Part shown: positions 34,954 to 46,042 of the stretch, in pieces
How the letters are laid out: each line of letters starts with the position of its first letter
Position numbering within the stretch: the first letter of the stretch is position 1
Notes under the pieces: model-generated
Database searches by the model: none
What the model saw: the letters and a program-made list of their open reading frames with translations, nothing else
Told to the model about the DNA's origin: nothing
Program-made: the position numbers and the translations under genes
Assembly (NCBI GenBank): GCA_963747235.1
Contig: CAVVEU010000004.1
Span: 128,001-192,000, forward strand
Source: an uncultured Candidatus Rokubacteria bacterium
GTDB lineage: Bacteria; Methylomirabilota; Methylomirabilia; Rokubacteriales; CSP1-6
Direction: 5' to 3'
DNA length: 64,000 bases

Positions 34954-37038
34954 TCACGCCCCCGTGAACGTCTTGCCTTCGGTGGCGAGCCGATCCAGCA
35001 GCGGCGCCGGCTTCCAGTCCTCGCCCTGCGTCTTCCGCCACTCCTGCATCCGGTCGCGCATGGCCTTGAGACCGACCTGGTCCGCCCAGAACATCGGGCC
35101 GCCCCGGTAGACCGGCCAGCCGTAGCCGTAGACCCAGATCACGTCGATGTCGCTCGCGCGGATCGCGATCTTCTCCTCCAGGATCTTGGCGCCCTCGTTC
35201 ACCATCGGGTAGAGGAGCCGCGCGAGGATCTCGTCGTCGCCGATCTTGCGCCGGGTGATCCCCATCTCGCTCGCCACCTCGACGATGATCTTCTCCACGT
35301 CGGCGTCGGGGATCGGGGTGCGATCGCCCTTCTCGTAGCGGAAGTAGCCCGCGCCGGTCTTCTGGCCGAAGCGGCCCAGCTCGCAGATGCGATCGGCCAC
35401 CGCCGACTTCACGCCCTTGCCCTTGCGGATGCGCCAGCCCACGTCGAGGCCGGCGAGGTCGCCCATCGCGAAGGGGCCCATCGGGAAGCCGAAGTCGGTG
35501 AGCACCTTGTCCACCTCGTGGGGCAGCGCGCCCTCGAGGATCAGCTTCTCGGCTTCGCGGCCGCGCTGGTGCAGCATGCGGTTGCCCACGAAGCCGTAGC
35601 AGACGCCCACGCACACCGGCACCTTGGCGATGCGCCGGCCCACGCTCATCGCGGTGGCCACCACGTCCTTGGCCGACTTCTCGCCGCGCACGACTTCCAG
35701 GAGCCGCATCACGTTGGCGGGGCTGAAGAAGTGCATGCCGATCACGCTCTCCGGCCGCGTGGTGGCCGACGCGATCTCGTCCACGTCGAGCGTGGAGGTG
35801 TTGGAGGCGAGCACCGCCCCCGGCTTGCAGATCTTGTCGATCTTCGCGAAGACCTCCTTCTTGATCGGCATCTCCTCGAAGACGGCCTCCACCACGATGT
35901 CGGCGTCCGCGATCTTGGACCAGTCGGTGGTGCCGGAGATCAGGCCCATGCGCTTCTCGACGTCCGGCATGGTGAGCCGGCCCCGGGAGGCGGTCGCCTC
36001 GTAGTTCTTCCGCACCAGACCGAGACCGCGGTCGAGCGCCTCCTGGGCGACTTCCACCACCGTCACCGGGATGCCCGCGTTGGCGAAGTTCATCGCGATG
36101 CCGCCGCCCATCGTGCCGGCCCCGAGCACCGCCGCCTTCTTGATCTCGCGGCTCTGGGTGTCGCCCGGCACGTCGGGGATCTTGGCCGCCTCGCGCTCCG
36201 CGAAGAAGAAGTAGCGCTGCGCCTTGGACTCGGGCGAGGTGATCAGCTCCTGGAAGAGCTCGCGCTCGCGCTTCATGCCCTGGTCGAAGGGGAGATCAAC
36301 TGCCGCTTCGATCGCCTTGATGCAGTTCTCCGGCGCCCGGAAGCCGCGGGTCTGGCGCGCCACCGACTTGCGGAACTCCGCGAAGACCTCGGGCTTGCCG
36401 CGCACCGCCGCGATCTTGTCGTCGAGGTCGCGGATCTTGCGGAGGGGCCGCTTCTCGGCCACGATCTTCTCCGCGAAGGCCACGCCGGCCGCGGTGAGAT
36501 CGCCGTCCACGATCAGGTCGATGAGGCCGGCCTGCAACGCCTCGTCCGCCCCGATCGGATCGCCGCTCACGATCATGGACAGCGCCTTGGGCACCCCGAC
36601 CACGCGCGGCAGCCGCTGGGTGCCGCCCGCGCCCGGCAGGAGGCCGAGCTTCACCTCGGGCAGGCCGAAGCGCGCGGCCTTCGCGCCCACGCGGTAGTGG
36701 CAGGCCAGCGTCACCTCGAGCCCGCCGCCGAGGGCGGTGCCGTGGATCGCGGCCACCACCGGCTTGGGCGAGCTCTCGATCAGGTCCAGCACTTCGTGCA
36801 GCCCGGGCTCCTTCGGCGGCTTGCCGAACTCGGTGATGTCGGCGCCCGCGATAAACGTGCGCCCCGCGCACGTGATCACGATCGCCGCGACGCCCGCATC
36901 GGCAGCGGCCTGCTTCAGGCCATCGCGCAACCCCTGGCGCACGTGCTGGCTCAGCGCGTTCACGGGCGGATTGTTGACGGTGAGCACGGCCACGCGGCCG
37001 CGGCGATCGAGATCAACGGACTGGGTGATGGCGGTCAT
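34954..37038 (-). CDS. Bifunctional enoyl-CoA hydratase / 3-hydroxyacyl-CoA dehydrogenase
   Basis: NPPVNAL, GGGLE, PEVKLG, GAGTMGGGI, HFFSPAN, GFVGNR. Confidence 0.93.
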   Translation of the reverse strand: MTAITQSVDLDRRGRVAVLTVNNPPVNALSQHVRQGLRDGLKQAAADAGVAAIVITCAGRTFIAGADITEFGKPPKEPGLHEVLDLIESSPKPVVAAIHGTALGGGLEVTLACHYRVGAKAARFGLPEVKLGLLPGAGGTQRLPRVVGVPKALSMIVSGDPIGADEALQAGLIDLIVDGDLTAAGVAFAEKIVAEKRPLRKIRDLDDKIAAVRGKPEVFAEFRKSVARQTRGFRAPENCIKAIEAAVDLPFDQGMKRERELFQELITSPESKAQRYFFFAEREAAKIPDVPGDTQSREIKKAAVLGAGTMGGGIAMNFANAGIPVTVVEVAQEALDRGLGLVRKNYEATASRGRLTMPDVEKRMGLISGTTDWSKIADADIVVEAVFEEMPIKKEVFAKIDKICKPGAVLASNTSTLDVDEIASATTRPESVIGMHFFSPANVMRLLEVVRGEKSAKDVVATAMSVGRRIAKVPVCVGVCYGFVGNRMLHQRGREAEKLILEGALPHEVDKVLTDFGFPMGPFAMGDLAGLDVGWRIRKGKGVKSAVADRICELGRFGQKTGAGYFRYEKGDRTPIPDADVEKIIVEVASEMGITRRKIGDDEILARLLYPMVNEGAKILEEKIAIRASDIDVIWVYGYGWPVYRGGPMFWADQVGLKAMRDRMQEWRKTQGEDWKPAPLLDRLATEGKTFTGA

Positions 37039-37247
37039 GGCCTTCTCCTTCGAAGGTGAGCGGTGAAGTGCCGCCAATCATAAGCGCCTTGCGGGGCCCC
37101 GGAAAGAGGAAATCTCCGGTCGTAACTACGCGTCTTCTTGGCCTTGTCGCACCGGTTTGCGGTATCGGCGCCGGGTACTATCACTCCCAGGCCCGAACGC
37201 GCATACTCCTCGAGCCAATGCCAGACCGGGACGAGACGAAGGGGAGC

Positions 37248-37469
37248 ATGAGCGGGGTCGGCGTGATGTTCGCCATGCTCGAGGAACAGCATGCCGACCA
37301 CCTCATCCTGAGCGACGGCAGCCAGATCCGGCTCGCGGATGGGCTGATCCTGGAGCCGCTCGGCTCCGGCGCTCGCCTCACCATCACCTACACGCGTGAT
37401 GGTGGCGGGGCGATGGTCGCTCAGCGCATCAAGCGCAGCGACCTACCGAGGCTGTCCGACCGGGCGTAG
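37248..37469 (+). CDS. Small hypothetical protein, possible beta-barrel/OB-like fold
   Basis: GGGGAG RBS; GC3-rich codons; LILSDGSQIRL...GARLTITY. Confidence 0.55.
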   Translation: MSGVGVMFAMLEEQHADHLILSDGSQIRLADGLILEPLGSGARLTITYTRDGGGAMVAQRIKRSDLPRLSDRA

Positions 37470-37808
37470 CCGCCACCCGCTCATCGCCCCAGCCGGTCGA
37501 GTGCGCGACACGGCGCCGCGACGGCCATCTTCGCGCGCTTCCGTTTCTCCCGCTCTCCCGGGCCGCGCTTGTCGGCGAGCGCCAGGGTGTTTCCCAGACG
37601 CTTCCGTACGAGCATGGCCGCTGCGCTACCGCGATTTCCCGCTTCGTCCGGATCGCCATGACCGAGAAGTCCTCCGGCTCGTCAATAGGGCGCCTTGGGG
37701 GCGCGTCGGGATCTTCTTACCAGGTCGATCCTACCCACCCGGCGCCGCCCGCCCGGCGAGCCTGACGCCAAGCCGCCGTCTCGATTGAGCAATCGAGCCG
37801 GGAACATC

Positions 37809-37824
37809 CGGCACGCGGCGTGCG
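37809..37824 (+). promoter_or_regulatory. sigma54 -24/-12 promoter
   Basis: CGGCACGCGGCGTGCG, GG-N10-GC, 28 nt before ATG 37853. Confidence 0.6.
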
Positions 37825-37852
37825 TCCAAAGACTGCAGCGAGGAGGTCGATC

Positions 37853-38200
37853 ATGCTCAAGCAATCCATCGTGGTTCTGTTCGTCGCCGCACCGCTGATG
37901 ATGTGTCCCTTCACCGTTGGGGCTCAGTCCATGGACCTGAAGACGACGCCGCCTGCGCGCGAGCGCCAGGCTCCGGGCGTTCCCGAGCGGGATATGCAGC
38001 CGCAGCGCCCGGCGCTGCCGGATCGTCCGAACTTCATCGCGCCGCTGTCGAAAGACACGAAGACGGGGCGCGCGGGCGTGGCGGGCTGGAGCGCGCCCAA
38101 CCCGCCGGTGGGCTCTCGCATGGCCGGCGATCACGAGAATCCGGGCTGGCCGGGCGTGGGCTTCGCGATCGAGTGGGGCCACCCGGATCGGGCAAACTAG
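37853..38200 (+). CDS. Small secreted hypothetical protein
   Basis: AGGAGG RBS; signal peptide (VGA|Q); ends in an amphipathic strand GVGFAIEW. Confidence 0.7.
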   Translation: MLKQSIVVLFVAAPLMMCPFTVGAQSMDLKTTPPARERQAPGVPERDMQPQRPALPDRPNFIAPLSKDTKTGRAGVAGWSAPNPPVGSRMAGDHENPGWPGVGFAIEWGHPDRAN

Positions 38201-38221
38201 CTCGCGCGGTATACTCTCGCG

Positions 38222-39862
38222 ATGGCCGACTCGCCGGCTCCTTCGACGCGCCGCGGATCGACCCGCGACCTGGACTACGACACGATCGTCATCGGAGCGG
38301 GCATCTCCGGCCTGTACCAGCTCTACCGTCTGCGGCAGCTGGGCCAGAAGGTCCGGGTGTTCGAGGCCGGGACCGGCGTCGGCGGCACGTGGTACTGGAA
38401 CCGCTATCCGGGCTGTCGTTTCGATTCCGAGAGCTATTCCTACGGCTACTCGTTCAGCCAGGAGCTGCTGGACGGGTGGGACTGGACCGAGCATTTCGCG
38501 TCCCAGCCGGAGACCGAGCGATACCTGAACCACGTCGCCGACACGTTCGACCTGCGCCGGGACATCCAGTTCAGGAGCCGGGTGATGGCGGCGGTGTTCG
38601 ACGAGGCCGGCCCCGCCTGGGAGATCACCCTGGAGGACGGCCGCCGCCACCGGTCGCGCCACCTGGTGACCGCGGTGGGCCCGCTGTCCGCCCCGACCCT
38701 GCCGCGGCTCGAGGGCGTCCCGGACTTCGAGGGCGAAGCGTTTCACACCGCGCGCTGGCCCAAGCATCCCGTCGAGTTCCGCGGGAAGCGGGTGGCCGTG
38801 ATCGGCACCGGCGCCACCGGCGTCCAGGCGATCCAGGAGATCGCCAAGACCGCGGGGCACCTCACCGTGTTCCAGCGCCGCCCGAACTGGTGCACGCCGC
38901 TGCACAACCGCCCCATCCCCCGCGAAGAGATGGACGAGATCCGCCGGGGCTACCCGGCGCTGTTCAAGCGCTGCCTGGAGACCGCCGCCTGCTTCGTGCA
39001 CACCATCGACCCGCGCGGCACGTTCGAGGTCGACGAGGAGGAGCGCCGGGCTTTCTGGGAGAAGCTCTACGCCTCGCCGGGGTTCGGCATCTGGCAGGGG
39101 AACTTCCGCGACATGCTGATCGACCGGGAGGCGAACCGGCTGATGTCCGAGTTCGTGGCGGACAAGATCCGCCAGCGCGTGAAGGACCCGAAGGTCGCGG
39201 AGATGCTGATCCCCAAGGACCACGGCTTCGGCACCCGCCGCGTCCCGCAGGAGACCCACTACTACGAGGTCTACAACCAGCCGAACGTCGAGCTGATCAG
39301 CATCCTCGAGACCCCGATCGCGCGGATCACGCCGAAGGGTCTCCGGACGACCGAGCGGGAATTCGAGTTCGACATCATCGTCTACGCCACCGGCTTCGAC
39401 GCCATCACCGGCAGCTTCGACCGCATCGATATCCGCGGGCGAGGCGGGCAGACGCTGAAGGACCGGTGGAGAGGCGGTCCCTCGACCTTCATCGGCGTGA
39501 TGGTCGATGGCTTCCCCAACATGTTCATGGTGATGGGCCCGCACACCGCGCTCGGCAACATTCCGCGCAGCATCGAGTACAACGTCGAGTGGATCCGCGA
39601 TCTGCTGGGCTACCTGGAGGCGCGCGGCCTGAGCTCGGCCGAGGCCCGGCCCGAGGCGGTGGAGGAGTGGACCGGCTTCGTGAAGAAGAAGGGCGAGGGC
39701 CTGCTCTCCAACGAGGTCGATTCCTGGATGACCGGCGTCAACTCGAACGTCGAGGGCAAGCAGGTGCGCATCGTCGCCCGCTACAGCGGCACCGCCCCCG
39801 AGTACCGCGCGTGGTGCGACCGGGTCGCCGCCGACGGCTACCGCGAGCTGATGCTGACCTGA
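38222..39862 (+). CDS. Baeyer-Villiger monooxygenase (cyclohexanone monooxygenase family)
   Basis: GAGISG, GGTWYWNRYPG, fingerprint FEGEAFHTARWP, GTGATG, ATGFD. Confidence 0.93.
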   Translation: MADSPAPSTRRGSTRDLDYDTIVIGAGISGLYQLYRLRQLGQKVRVFEAGTGVGGTWYWNRYPGCRFDSESYSYGYSFSQELLDGWDWTEHFASQPETERYLNHVADTFDLRRDIQFRSRVMAAVFDEAGPAWEITLEDGRRHRSRHLVTAVGPLSAPTLPRLEGVPDFEGEAFHTARWPKHPVEFRGKRVAVIGTGATGVQAIQEIAKTAGHLTVFQRRPNWCTPLHNRPIPREEMDEIRRGYPALFKRCLETAACFVHTIDPRGTFEVDEEERRAFWEKLYASPGFGIWQGNFRDMLIDREANRLMSEFVADKIRQRVKDPKVAEMLIPKDHGFGTRRVPQETHYYEVYNQPNVELISILETPIARITPKGLRTTEREFEFDIIVYATGFDAITGSFDRIDIRGRGGQTLKDRWRGGPSTFIGVMVDGFPNMFMVMGPHTALGNIPRSIEYNVEWIRDLLGYLEARGLSSAEARPEAVEEWTGFVKKKGEGLLSNEVDSWMTGVNSNVEGKQVRIVARYSGTAPEYRAWCDRVAADGYRELMLT

Positions 39863-39866
39863 GGCC

Positions 39867-40730
39867 CTAGCGCAGCTCGCGCGCGGTCTTCTCGACGAAC
39901 CGCTCGAGCCCGGCCGCGTCGAGCGACCGCGGCGGCATCAGGATCAGGCGGTGGACCCCGAGGGCGGCGAAGCGGTCCGCGCTCGCGCGGTCCATCGCCT
40001 CGCCGCCTCTGGTGGGCCGCGGCGTGACGCTGATCTCGAGCGGACCCAGCGCGGCCGGCCGCTCGTGCCGCGCCGCCGCCTGACGCAGGCCCTCCAGACA
40101 CCGCTGCACGCCGGCTTCGTCCAGGGCGAAGCCGTACCAGCCGTTCCCCTGCTCCACCGCCCGCCGGAACGCGGCCTCGGTGTGCCCGCCCACCACGAGC
40201 GGCGGCCCGGGTTGCTGCACCGGATGGGGATGCGCCTGCACCCCATCGAAGCTCACGAAGCGGCCGCGATACGCGGGCCGCGCCTCGCTCCAGATCACCC
40301 GCAGCGCGGCCAGGTAGTCGTCGGTGACCGGGCCGCGGTGCTCGAACGGAATGCCGAGCGCGCGGAACTCGGGCTCGAGGTAGCCCACGCCGACGCCGAA
40401 GATCAGGCGCCCGCCGGAGAGCACGTCGAGCGAGGCGAGCTGCTTGGCCAGCACCAGCGGGTTGCGCTGCGGCAGGATGATGATGCCGGTGCCGAGGCGG
40501 ATGCGCGTGGTGTGCGCGGCCACGAAGGCGAGCGTCACCACCGGGTCCATGATGCGATCCTCGGGCTCCATCGGCGACGGGGGCACGCGCGGGTCCGGCA
40601 GCACCACGTGCTCGCCGCCCCAGAGCGAGTCGAAGCCGGCCGCCTCCGCCGCGCGCGCCACGCGGGCCGCGCCGTCCGGATAGGTGCAGGGCCCGGTGGT
40701 CATCGAGAAGAGGCCCAGCTTCAACGGCAT
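39867..40730 (-). CDS. LLM-class, possibly F420-dependent oxidoreductase (Rv2161c-like)
   Basis: GFDSLWGGEHVV, DPVVTLAF, LAKQLASLDVLSGGR. Confidence 0.88.
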   Translation of the reverse strand: MPLKLGLFSMTTGPCTYPDGAARVARAAEAAGFDSLWGGEHVVLPDPRVPPSPMEPEDRIMDPVVTLAFVAAHTTRIRLGTGIIILPQRNPLVLAKQLASLDVLSGGRLIFGVGVGYLEPEFRALGIPFEHRGPVTDDYLAALRVIWSEARPAYRGRFVSFDGVQAHPHPVQQPGPPLVVGGHTEAAFRRAVEQGNGWYGFALDEAGVQRCLEGLRQAAARHERPAALGPLEISVTPRPTRGGEAMDRASADRFAALGVHRLILMPPRSLDAAGLERFVEKTARELR

Positions 40731-41572
40731 CAGGCGTCCTTGACGAGCAGCGCCCGCGCGCGCTCGCGCAGGGCGTCCGGCAGCGGCGCGGGCCGGCGCG
40801 CGTCCTGATCGAAGTGCACGCCGGACTGCTCGAGCGTGGCCACGACCTCGTCGCCCGGCTCCCGCGTCATCACGTGGAGGATGCGCAGCGAGGAGTTGCC
40901 CACGTGCAGCACGCCGGAGCGCACCCGCACGCCGTCTCCCGGCCTCAGGGGACTCCCGAGCTCGAGCTGGAACTCGAAGGTGGAGAAGCCGCGGTGCTCC
41001 GCGCGCATGTAGGCCGGCGTCATGCCGAACGCGGCGATGGCGTGGCCGTTGGCCGCCGAGAAGCGGTGGATGTAGTGCGAGAGCGCGGCGCCGCCCGAGA
41101 TGTCCACCTCCACCGGCTTGACGATGTCGAGCGCGCTGTCCCGGAAGCCCGCGAGGCCGGCCGGCCGCGGCCGCCGCTCTCGCGCCGGCCCGTCCCAGTC
41201 CACCCGGTGTGCCTCCACGGCGCGCCGGGTCTCCGCGCTCAGGGGCGCGGCGAGGCGCACGCGCTGCTCCACCGTGGTGCAGAGCGCGCCCGCCCCGGAG
41301 TCGAAGAGCTTGTGGCCCAGCACCAGCGCGTCGAGCTCCACCGAGGTCACGCCGCTCTCCATGTGCATGATGTCGCCCACGCGCAGCTCGCGCTGGTAGC
41401 GGACGAAGGAGTCGGCGGTGCGGGCGGCCGCGGCGGTCAGGCCGACCGCCGCCAGCAGCCCCGCGCCCGCGTCGGCGATGCGGGCGAAGTAGTACGCCAC
41501 CGTGAGGTGGTCGTTCGGATCCACCTCCCAGCGGAAGACGGTCCCCCGGTAGGTCTCGAGCCAGTCCCCCAC
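40730..41572 (-). CDS. Double hotdog-fold thioesterase family protein
   Basis: Two repeats, WEVDPNDHL..YF and EVDISG...HY. Confidence 0.75.
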   Translation of the reverse strand: MGDWLETYRGTVFRWEVDPNDHLTVAYYFARIADAGAGLLAAVGLTAAAARTADSFVRYQRELRVGDIMHMESGVTSVELDALVLGHKLFDSGAGALCTTVEQRVRLAAPLSAETRRAVEAHRVDWDGPARERRPRPAGLAGFRDSALDIVKPVEVDISGGAALSHYIHRFSAANGHAIAAFGMTPAYMRAEHRGFSTFEFQLELGSPLRPGDGVRVRSGVLHVGNSSLRILHVMTREPGDEVVATLEQSGVHFDQDARRPAPLPDALRERARALLVKDA

Positions 41573-41583
41573 GGGCGCGGGGC

Positions 41584-42567
41584 CTAGATGTACACCGACT
41601 TCATGGCGGGCACCGGGTAGCGCTCGCCCGCGGCGGCGCCGGCCGGGACCGCGTCCTGGAGCGCGGCAACCTCGTCCGGCGTGAGGCGCACGTCCGCGGC
41701 GCCCACGTTCTCCTCGAGCCGGTCCTTCCGCTTGGTGCCCGGGATCGGCACGATGTCGGGGCCCCGCGCGAGCAGCCAGGCCAGCGCGAGCTGCCCGGGC
41801 GTGCAGCCCTTCTTCCGGGCCATGTCGTCGAGGGGCTTCAGGAGGTCGAGGTTCTTCTTGAGGTTTTCTTCCTGGAAGCGCGGGTGGTCGCGCCGCCGGT
41901 CGTCCGAGGGGATCTCCGCGGCGGAGCGGGTGCGGCCGGTCAGCAGGCTGCGGCCGAGCGGCGAGTAGGCCATGAAGGAGATGCCCAGCTCGCGCAGGGT
42001 CGGCAGCGTCTCCTCCGCCTCCACGCGGTAGAGCAGGGAGAACTCGGACTGTAGCGCGGTGATCGGATATACCGCGTGCGCGCGGCGCACGGTCGCCGGG
42101 GAGGCTTCCGACAGCCCGATGAAGCGCACCTTGCCCGCCTCCACCAGGCGCGACATCGCGCCCACCGTCTCCTCGATCGGCACGCTCGGGTCCACCCGGT
42201 GCTGGAGGTAGAGGTCGATGGTGCTGACGCCCAGCCGCTTCAGGCTCGCCTCGCAGGCCTGGGGCACGTACTCGGGGCGGCCGTTGACCCCCGCGGTCCC
42301 GTCCGGCTTGCGGAGGTTGCCGAACTTGGTCGCGAGGACGACCTGGTCGCGGTGGCCGCGCAGGGCCCGGCCCAGCAGCTCCTCGTTCTGGCCCCAGCCG
42401 TACATGTCGGAGGAGTCGAGAAAGTTCACGCCGAGATCGAGCGCCTTGTGGACGACCGCGATGGACTCCGCCTCGTCGCCCTTGCCGTAGACGTTGGACA
42501 TGGACATGCAGCCGAGGCCGACCGCGGAAACGGCCAGCGAGCTCTTGCCGAGTATGCGTTGCTCCAC
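41584..42567 (-). CDS. Aldo/keto reductase
   Basis: GLGCMSM, DSSDMYG, ATKFG, IGLSE, IPGTK; GAGGAGG RBS. Confidence 0.92.
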   Translation of the reverse strand: MEQRILGKSSLAVSAVGLGCMSMSNVYGKGDEAESIAVVHKALDLGVNFLDSSDMYGWGQNEELLGRALRGHRDQVVLATKFGNLRKPDGTAGVNGRPEYVPQACEASLKRLGVSTIDLYLQHRVDPSVPIEETVGAMSRLVEAGKVRFIGLSEASPATVRRAHAVYPITALQSEFSLLYRVEAEETLPTLRELGISFMAYSPLGRSLLTGRTRSAAEIPSDDRRRDHPRFQEENLKKNLDLLKPLDDMARKKGCTPGQLALAWLLARGPDIVPIPGTKRKDRLEENVGAADVRLTPDEVAALQDAVPAGAAAGERYPVPAMKSVYI

Positions 42568-42646
42568 GAGTTCCTCCTCGGAACCTGCCAAAGTTGGATA
42601 GGATACGGCGACCGATTCTATCTCAAGACCGAGGTGCCCGCGACCC

Positions 42647-44314
42647 GTGCCGCACGACGTGACCCTGCTCCGTGACATCGCCCTCGGGATCATGTTCGCC
42701 GCGATCCTGGGGCACGTGGCCCGGCTGCTCCGGCAGCCGCTGCTCCTGGGCTACATCGCGGGGGGGATCCTGCTGAGCCCCCAGATGGGCTTCGGCCTGG
42801 TCACCAACGCGGAGAGCATCGAGCTGATCTCGGAGATCGGCCTGATCCTCCTCCTCTTCATCATCGGGCTCGAGATCGACCTGCGGGAGCTCCAGCGCCT
42901 GGGCCGCTCCATGCTGGCCCTGGGCGTCGGCCAGTTCGTGGTCAACGCGCTGCTGGGCCTGGCCTTCTTCGCCTGGCTCGGCTACCGGGTGGCCGAGGGC
43001 CGCTTCGATCTCGTCTACCTCGCGATCGTGATGTCGCTGAGCTCGACCCTGATCGTGGTCAAGCTCCTGCGCGAGAAGTTCGAGCTCAAGATCCTCTCGG
43101 GACGGCTCACCCTGGGCGTCCTGGTGGTCCAGGACATCTGGGCCATCCTGTTCATGGCGGTGCAGCCGAGCCTGGCCGAGCCGGGCGTGCTCCAGATCGC
43201 CCAGTCCATCGCGGGCGGCGCGGTGCTGGTCGGCGTCACGTTCCTGGCCAGCCGCTATCTCCTGGCGCCCCTGCTCGAGGCCTCCGCGCGCCGGCCCGAG
43301 CTGGTGCTGATCTCCTCGGTGGCCTGGTGCTTCGGCATCGCCGGCGTCGCGGACCAGCTCGGCCTCTCGCGCGAGATGGGCGCCCTGATCGCGGGGGTGA
43401 GCATCTCGGCCTTCCCCTACGGCGCCGACGTCATCTCCAAGGTGACCGGCGTGCGCGACTTCTTCGTCACCCTCTTCTTCGTCGCGCTCGGCCTGAAGGT
43501 GCCGGTGCCCAGCGGGGACGTGCTCGGCCAGGCGCTGCTCATCGTGGTCTTCGTGCTGGCGAGCCGCGTGCTCTCGGTGGTGCCCACGTCCTACGTGCTG
43601 GGCGACGGGCTCTACGCGGGCACGGTCACCGCGCTGAACCTGGCCCAGATCAGCGAGTTCTCGCTCGTGATCCTGACCCTGGGCACCGGGTACGGGCACG
43701 TCTCCACGCAGGTGAGCGCGGTGGTGCTCACCGCCATGATCCTGACCTCGCTGCTGTCGCCCTACCTGATCACCGGCAACGATCGCATCGCCCGGTGGCT
43801 CCTGCGGCCCTTCGTGCGCGGTCCCGGCGCGGGCGGGGCCGCCGCGCCCGCCGCGGAGGCGCGCGCGGCGCGGGACATCGTGCTGCTCGGCCACTTCCGC
43901 ATCGCCCAGGCGGTGCTCGACCTGGTGGAGACGCAGGCCCCGCAGCTCAAGGGGCGCATCACGCTGGTGGACTACGACGCCAACCGCGCCCACGGGGTCA
44001 TCGCGCGCGGGTTCCGGTGGGAGTACGGCGATCTCGCCAACCCCGACGCCCTCGAGCACCTGGGCATCGAGGAGGCGCGCATCGTGGTGACCACGATCTC
44101 CGACACGTTCCTCAAGGGCATCAGCACGCGCCGGCTGGTGGGCAATCTGCGCCGCCTCGCGCCGCGCGCGGTGATCGTGATGACCGGCGAGGAGCGGACC
44201 GACATGGAGGACCTGCTGCGCGCGGGCGCCGACCACGTGCTGATTCCCGGCGAGATCACCGGGGAGCGCATCCTCGAGCTGCTCCGCCAGGGCGACGGGG
44301 GCGGCGCCGCCTAG
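42647..44314 (+). CDS. Cation:proton antiporter (CPA2/Kef-like) with C-terminal RCK/TrkA-N domain
   Basis: About 12 TM segments, [18 protein letters not shown]; YGDLAN in the RCK domain. Confidence 0.9.
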   Translation: MPHDVTLLRDIALGIMFAAILGHVARLLRQPLLLGYIAGGILLSPQMGFGLVTNAESIELISEIGLILLLFIIGLEIDLRELQRLGRSMLALGVGQFVVNALLGLAFFAWLGYRVAEGRFDLVYLAIVMSLSSTLIVVKLLREKFELKILSGRLTLGVLVVQDIWAILFMAVQPSLAEPGVLQIAQSIAGGAVLVGVTFLASRYLLAPLLEASARRPELVLISSVAWCFGIAGVADQLGLSREMGALIAGVSISAFPYGADVISKVTGVRDFFVTLFFVALGLKVPVPSGDVLGQALLIVVFVLASRVLSVVPTSYVLGDGLYAGTVTALNLAQISEFSLVILTLGTGYGHVSTQVSAVVLTAMILTSLLSPYLITGNDRIARWLLRPFVRGPGAGGAAAPAAEARAARDIVLLGHFRIAQAVLDLVETQAPQLKGRITLVDYDANRAHGVIARGFRWEYGDLANPDALEHLGIEEARIVVTTISDTFLKGISTRRLVGNLRRLAPRAVIVMTGEERTDMEDLLRAGADHVLIPGEITGERILELLRQGDGGGAA

Positions 44315-44324
44315 CGTCGGCCGA

Positions 44325-45302
44325 TCAGGCGATGCCGGCCATGCGCGCGAAGGCGGTCAGCTCGCGCGGGATGTCACCGCCCGAGGGCTGGTAGGCGATC
44401 TCGGTCACCCCGCGCGCGGCGAGCTCGTCGATGCGCGCGCGCAGCGCCGTCGCCTCGCCGGTGAAGGTGACGCGCCGGATCATGTCGCCGCTCACCACCG
44501 CGCGGTCCACCGGGTTCAGCTCGGTGAGATGGCCGGCATGCGTGCGCAGGTGGCGCTCGCGCGCGGGCACCGCCTCGATGGCGGCCTGCCACGCGGAACC
44601 GCCGGGCAGGGTGGCCAGGTCGAGGCCGGGCACGTTGCGATACTCGTAGGCGCGATGCAGCAGCACCGCCGCGCCCGCGCCCGCCGCATCGAGCGCGCGC
44701 GGGGCGTCGGGCCGCTCCCCGGGCTCGAGCACCGTGCCCAGCGTGAGCTGGATGGACCAGGGGAAGCCGGGCGTGGGCACGACCGAGAAGACGCCGTCGC
44801 CCTCCGCGCGGGCCACCGCCTCGCCCTTGGGGCCGCGCGTGCCGAAGACGAACGGCACGCGGATCGGACGCCGGGGTGCCTGTCCCGCGCCGTGCAGGAG
44901 CTGGGTGAGGGCGCCGTCCACCTCCATCATCTCGCCCGCGAGCAGGCCGCGGAGCTGGCGCGCGTAGCGCGCGACCGACGACCAGGTATTCGGCCGCTGG
45001 CCCATCGCCATGCGTCCGGTGAAGCCGGAGCCGATACCCACGTTCACGCGGCCTGGCGCGATGTCCACCAGCGTGGCGACCGCCGCCGCGGTCACCACCA
45101 CGTGGCGCAGGCTCGGGATGAGCACGCCGGGGCCGAGCTCGATGCGCCGGGTGCGCTCGGCGGCGCGGCCGAGCGTCATCCACACGTCGAGCTGCAGCGC
45201 GGGCGTGTCGTAGACCCACGCGCGCCGGTAGCCGAGCCGCTCCGCGAGCGCGATGTGCTCCGGGGTGCCCGGCACCGGGGGGAACGCGCAGGAGATATCC
45301 AC
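44325..45302 (-). CDS. LLM-class oxidoreductase (Mer-like)
   Basis: LAERLGYRRAWVYD, IELGPGV, APGRVNVGIGSG. Confidence 0.85.
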   Translation of the reverse strand: MDISCAFPPVPGTPEHIALAERLGYRRAWVYDTPALQLDVWMTLGRAAERTRRIELGPGVLIPSLRHVVVTAAAVATLVDIAPGRVNVGIGSGFTGRMAMGQRPNTWSSVARYARQLRGLLAGEMMEVDGALTQLLHGAGQAPRRPIRVPFVFGTRGPKGEAVARAEGDGVFSVVPTPGFPWSIQLTLGTVLEPGERPDAPRALDAAGAGAAVLLHRAYEYRNVPGLDLATLPGGSAWQAAIEAVPARERHLRTHAGHLTELNPVDRAVVSGDMIRRVTFTGEATALRARIDELAARGVTEIAYQPSGGDIPRELTAFARMAGIA

Positions 45303-45316
45303 CGCGGGGCGTTCGC

Positions 45317-45988
45317 TCAGCGGCCGGGCCCGAGCGGCGCCCCGCCCCAGCGCTCGAGCATCGCGAACTCCGCGACCGGCTTGCGGGTGAGCTTGGTGAT
45401 GTTCTTCACCGGCCGGCCGAGGGGCATCACCGCCGCCACCGCCACGTGGGAAGGGAGGCCGAGCAGCGCCTGCAGCGCCGGCTCCTGGGCCGCGGCCAGC
45501 GTGGTGATGGTCCCGGCGAAGCCCTCGTGGCGCGCGGCGAGCAGGATGTTCCACGCGAACGGATAGATGGACGCGCCGCTGATCACGCCGACGCGCTTCA
45601 ATTCCGAGTCCATCGAGGCCACCACCTTCAGGTCCACGCAGATCACCAGGACCACCGGCGCCTTGAGCACCGGCTCGATCAGCCGGGGCGGGGCCGGGGT
45701 GCGCTCGATGGTGGCCGCGTCCACCTTCGTGGGGACGATGGTGTTCCACGGGCTCTCGCCCACCTGCACCTGCGCGGCGTAGCGCTTGGCCGCGGGGACG
45801 GTCGCGGCGGCCAGGCCCTCGCGCGTCTTCGGGTCGCGCACCACGATCACGCGCCAGCCCTGGCGGTTGCCGCCGCTCGGAGCGAAGCGCGCGCGGTCCA
45901 GGATCGTGAAGAGCGTCTCGTCGGGCAGCGGGTCGGCGGTGAACTCGCGGGCCGAGAACGTGGTGCGCATCACGTCGTAGAGCTCCAT
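45317..45988 (-). CDS. Nitroreductase family protein
   Basis: APSGGNRQGW, NILLAAR, PLGRP; GGAGGAG RBS. Confidence 0.88.
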   Translation of the reverse strand: MELYDVMRTTFSAREFTADPLPDETLFTILDRARFAPSGGNRQGWRVIVVRDPKTREGLAAATVPAAKRYAAQVQVGESPWNTIVPTKVDAATIERTPAPPRLIEPVLKAPVVLVICVDLKVVASMDSELKRVGVISGASIYPFAWNILLAARHEGFAGTITTLAAAQEPALQALLGLPSHVAVAAVMPLGRPVKNITKLTRKPVAEFAMLERWGGAPLGPGR

Positions 45989-46042
45989 GGTGTCTCCTCC
46001 GGGGGGTGAATATACACCGCCAACGGCGGTATAGTACGCGCC

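Noticed and set aside
34498-37059. Long alternative-frame or antisense ORFs (for example 853 aa here, also 22462-25539 and 14636-17002)
   Set aside because: Shadow ORFs typical of high-GC DNA: R/A/G/P-rich, no motifs, overlapping well-supported genes.
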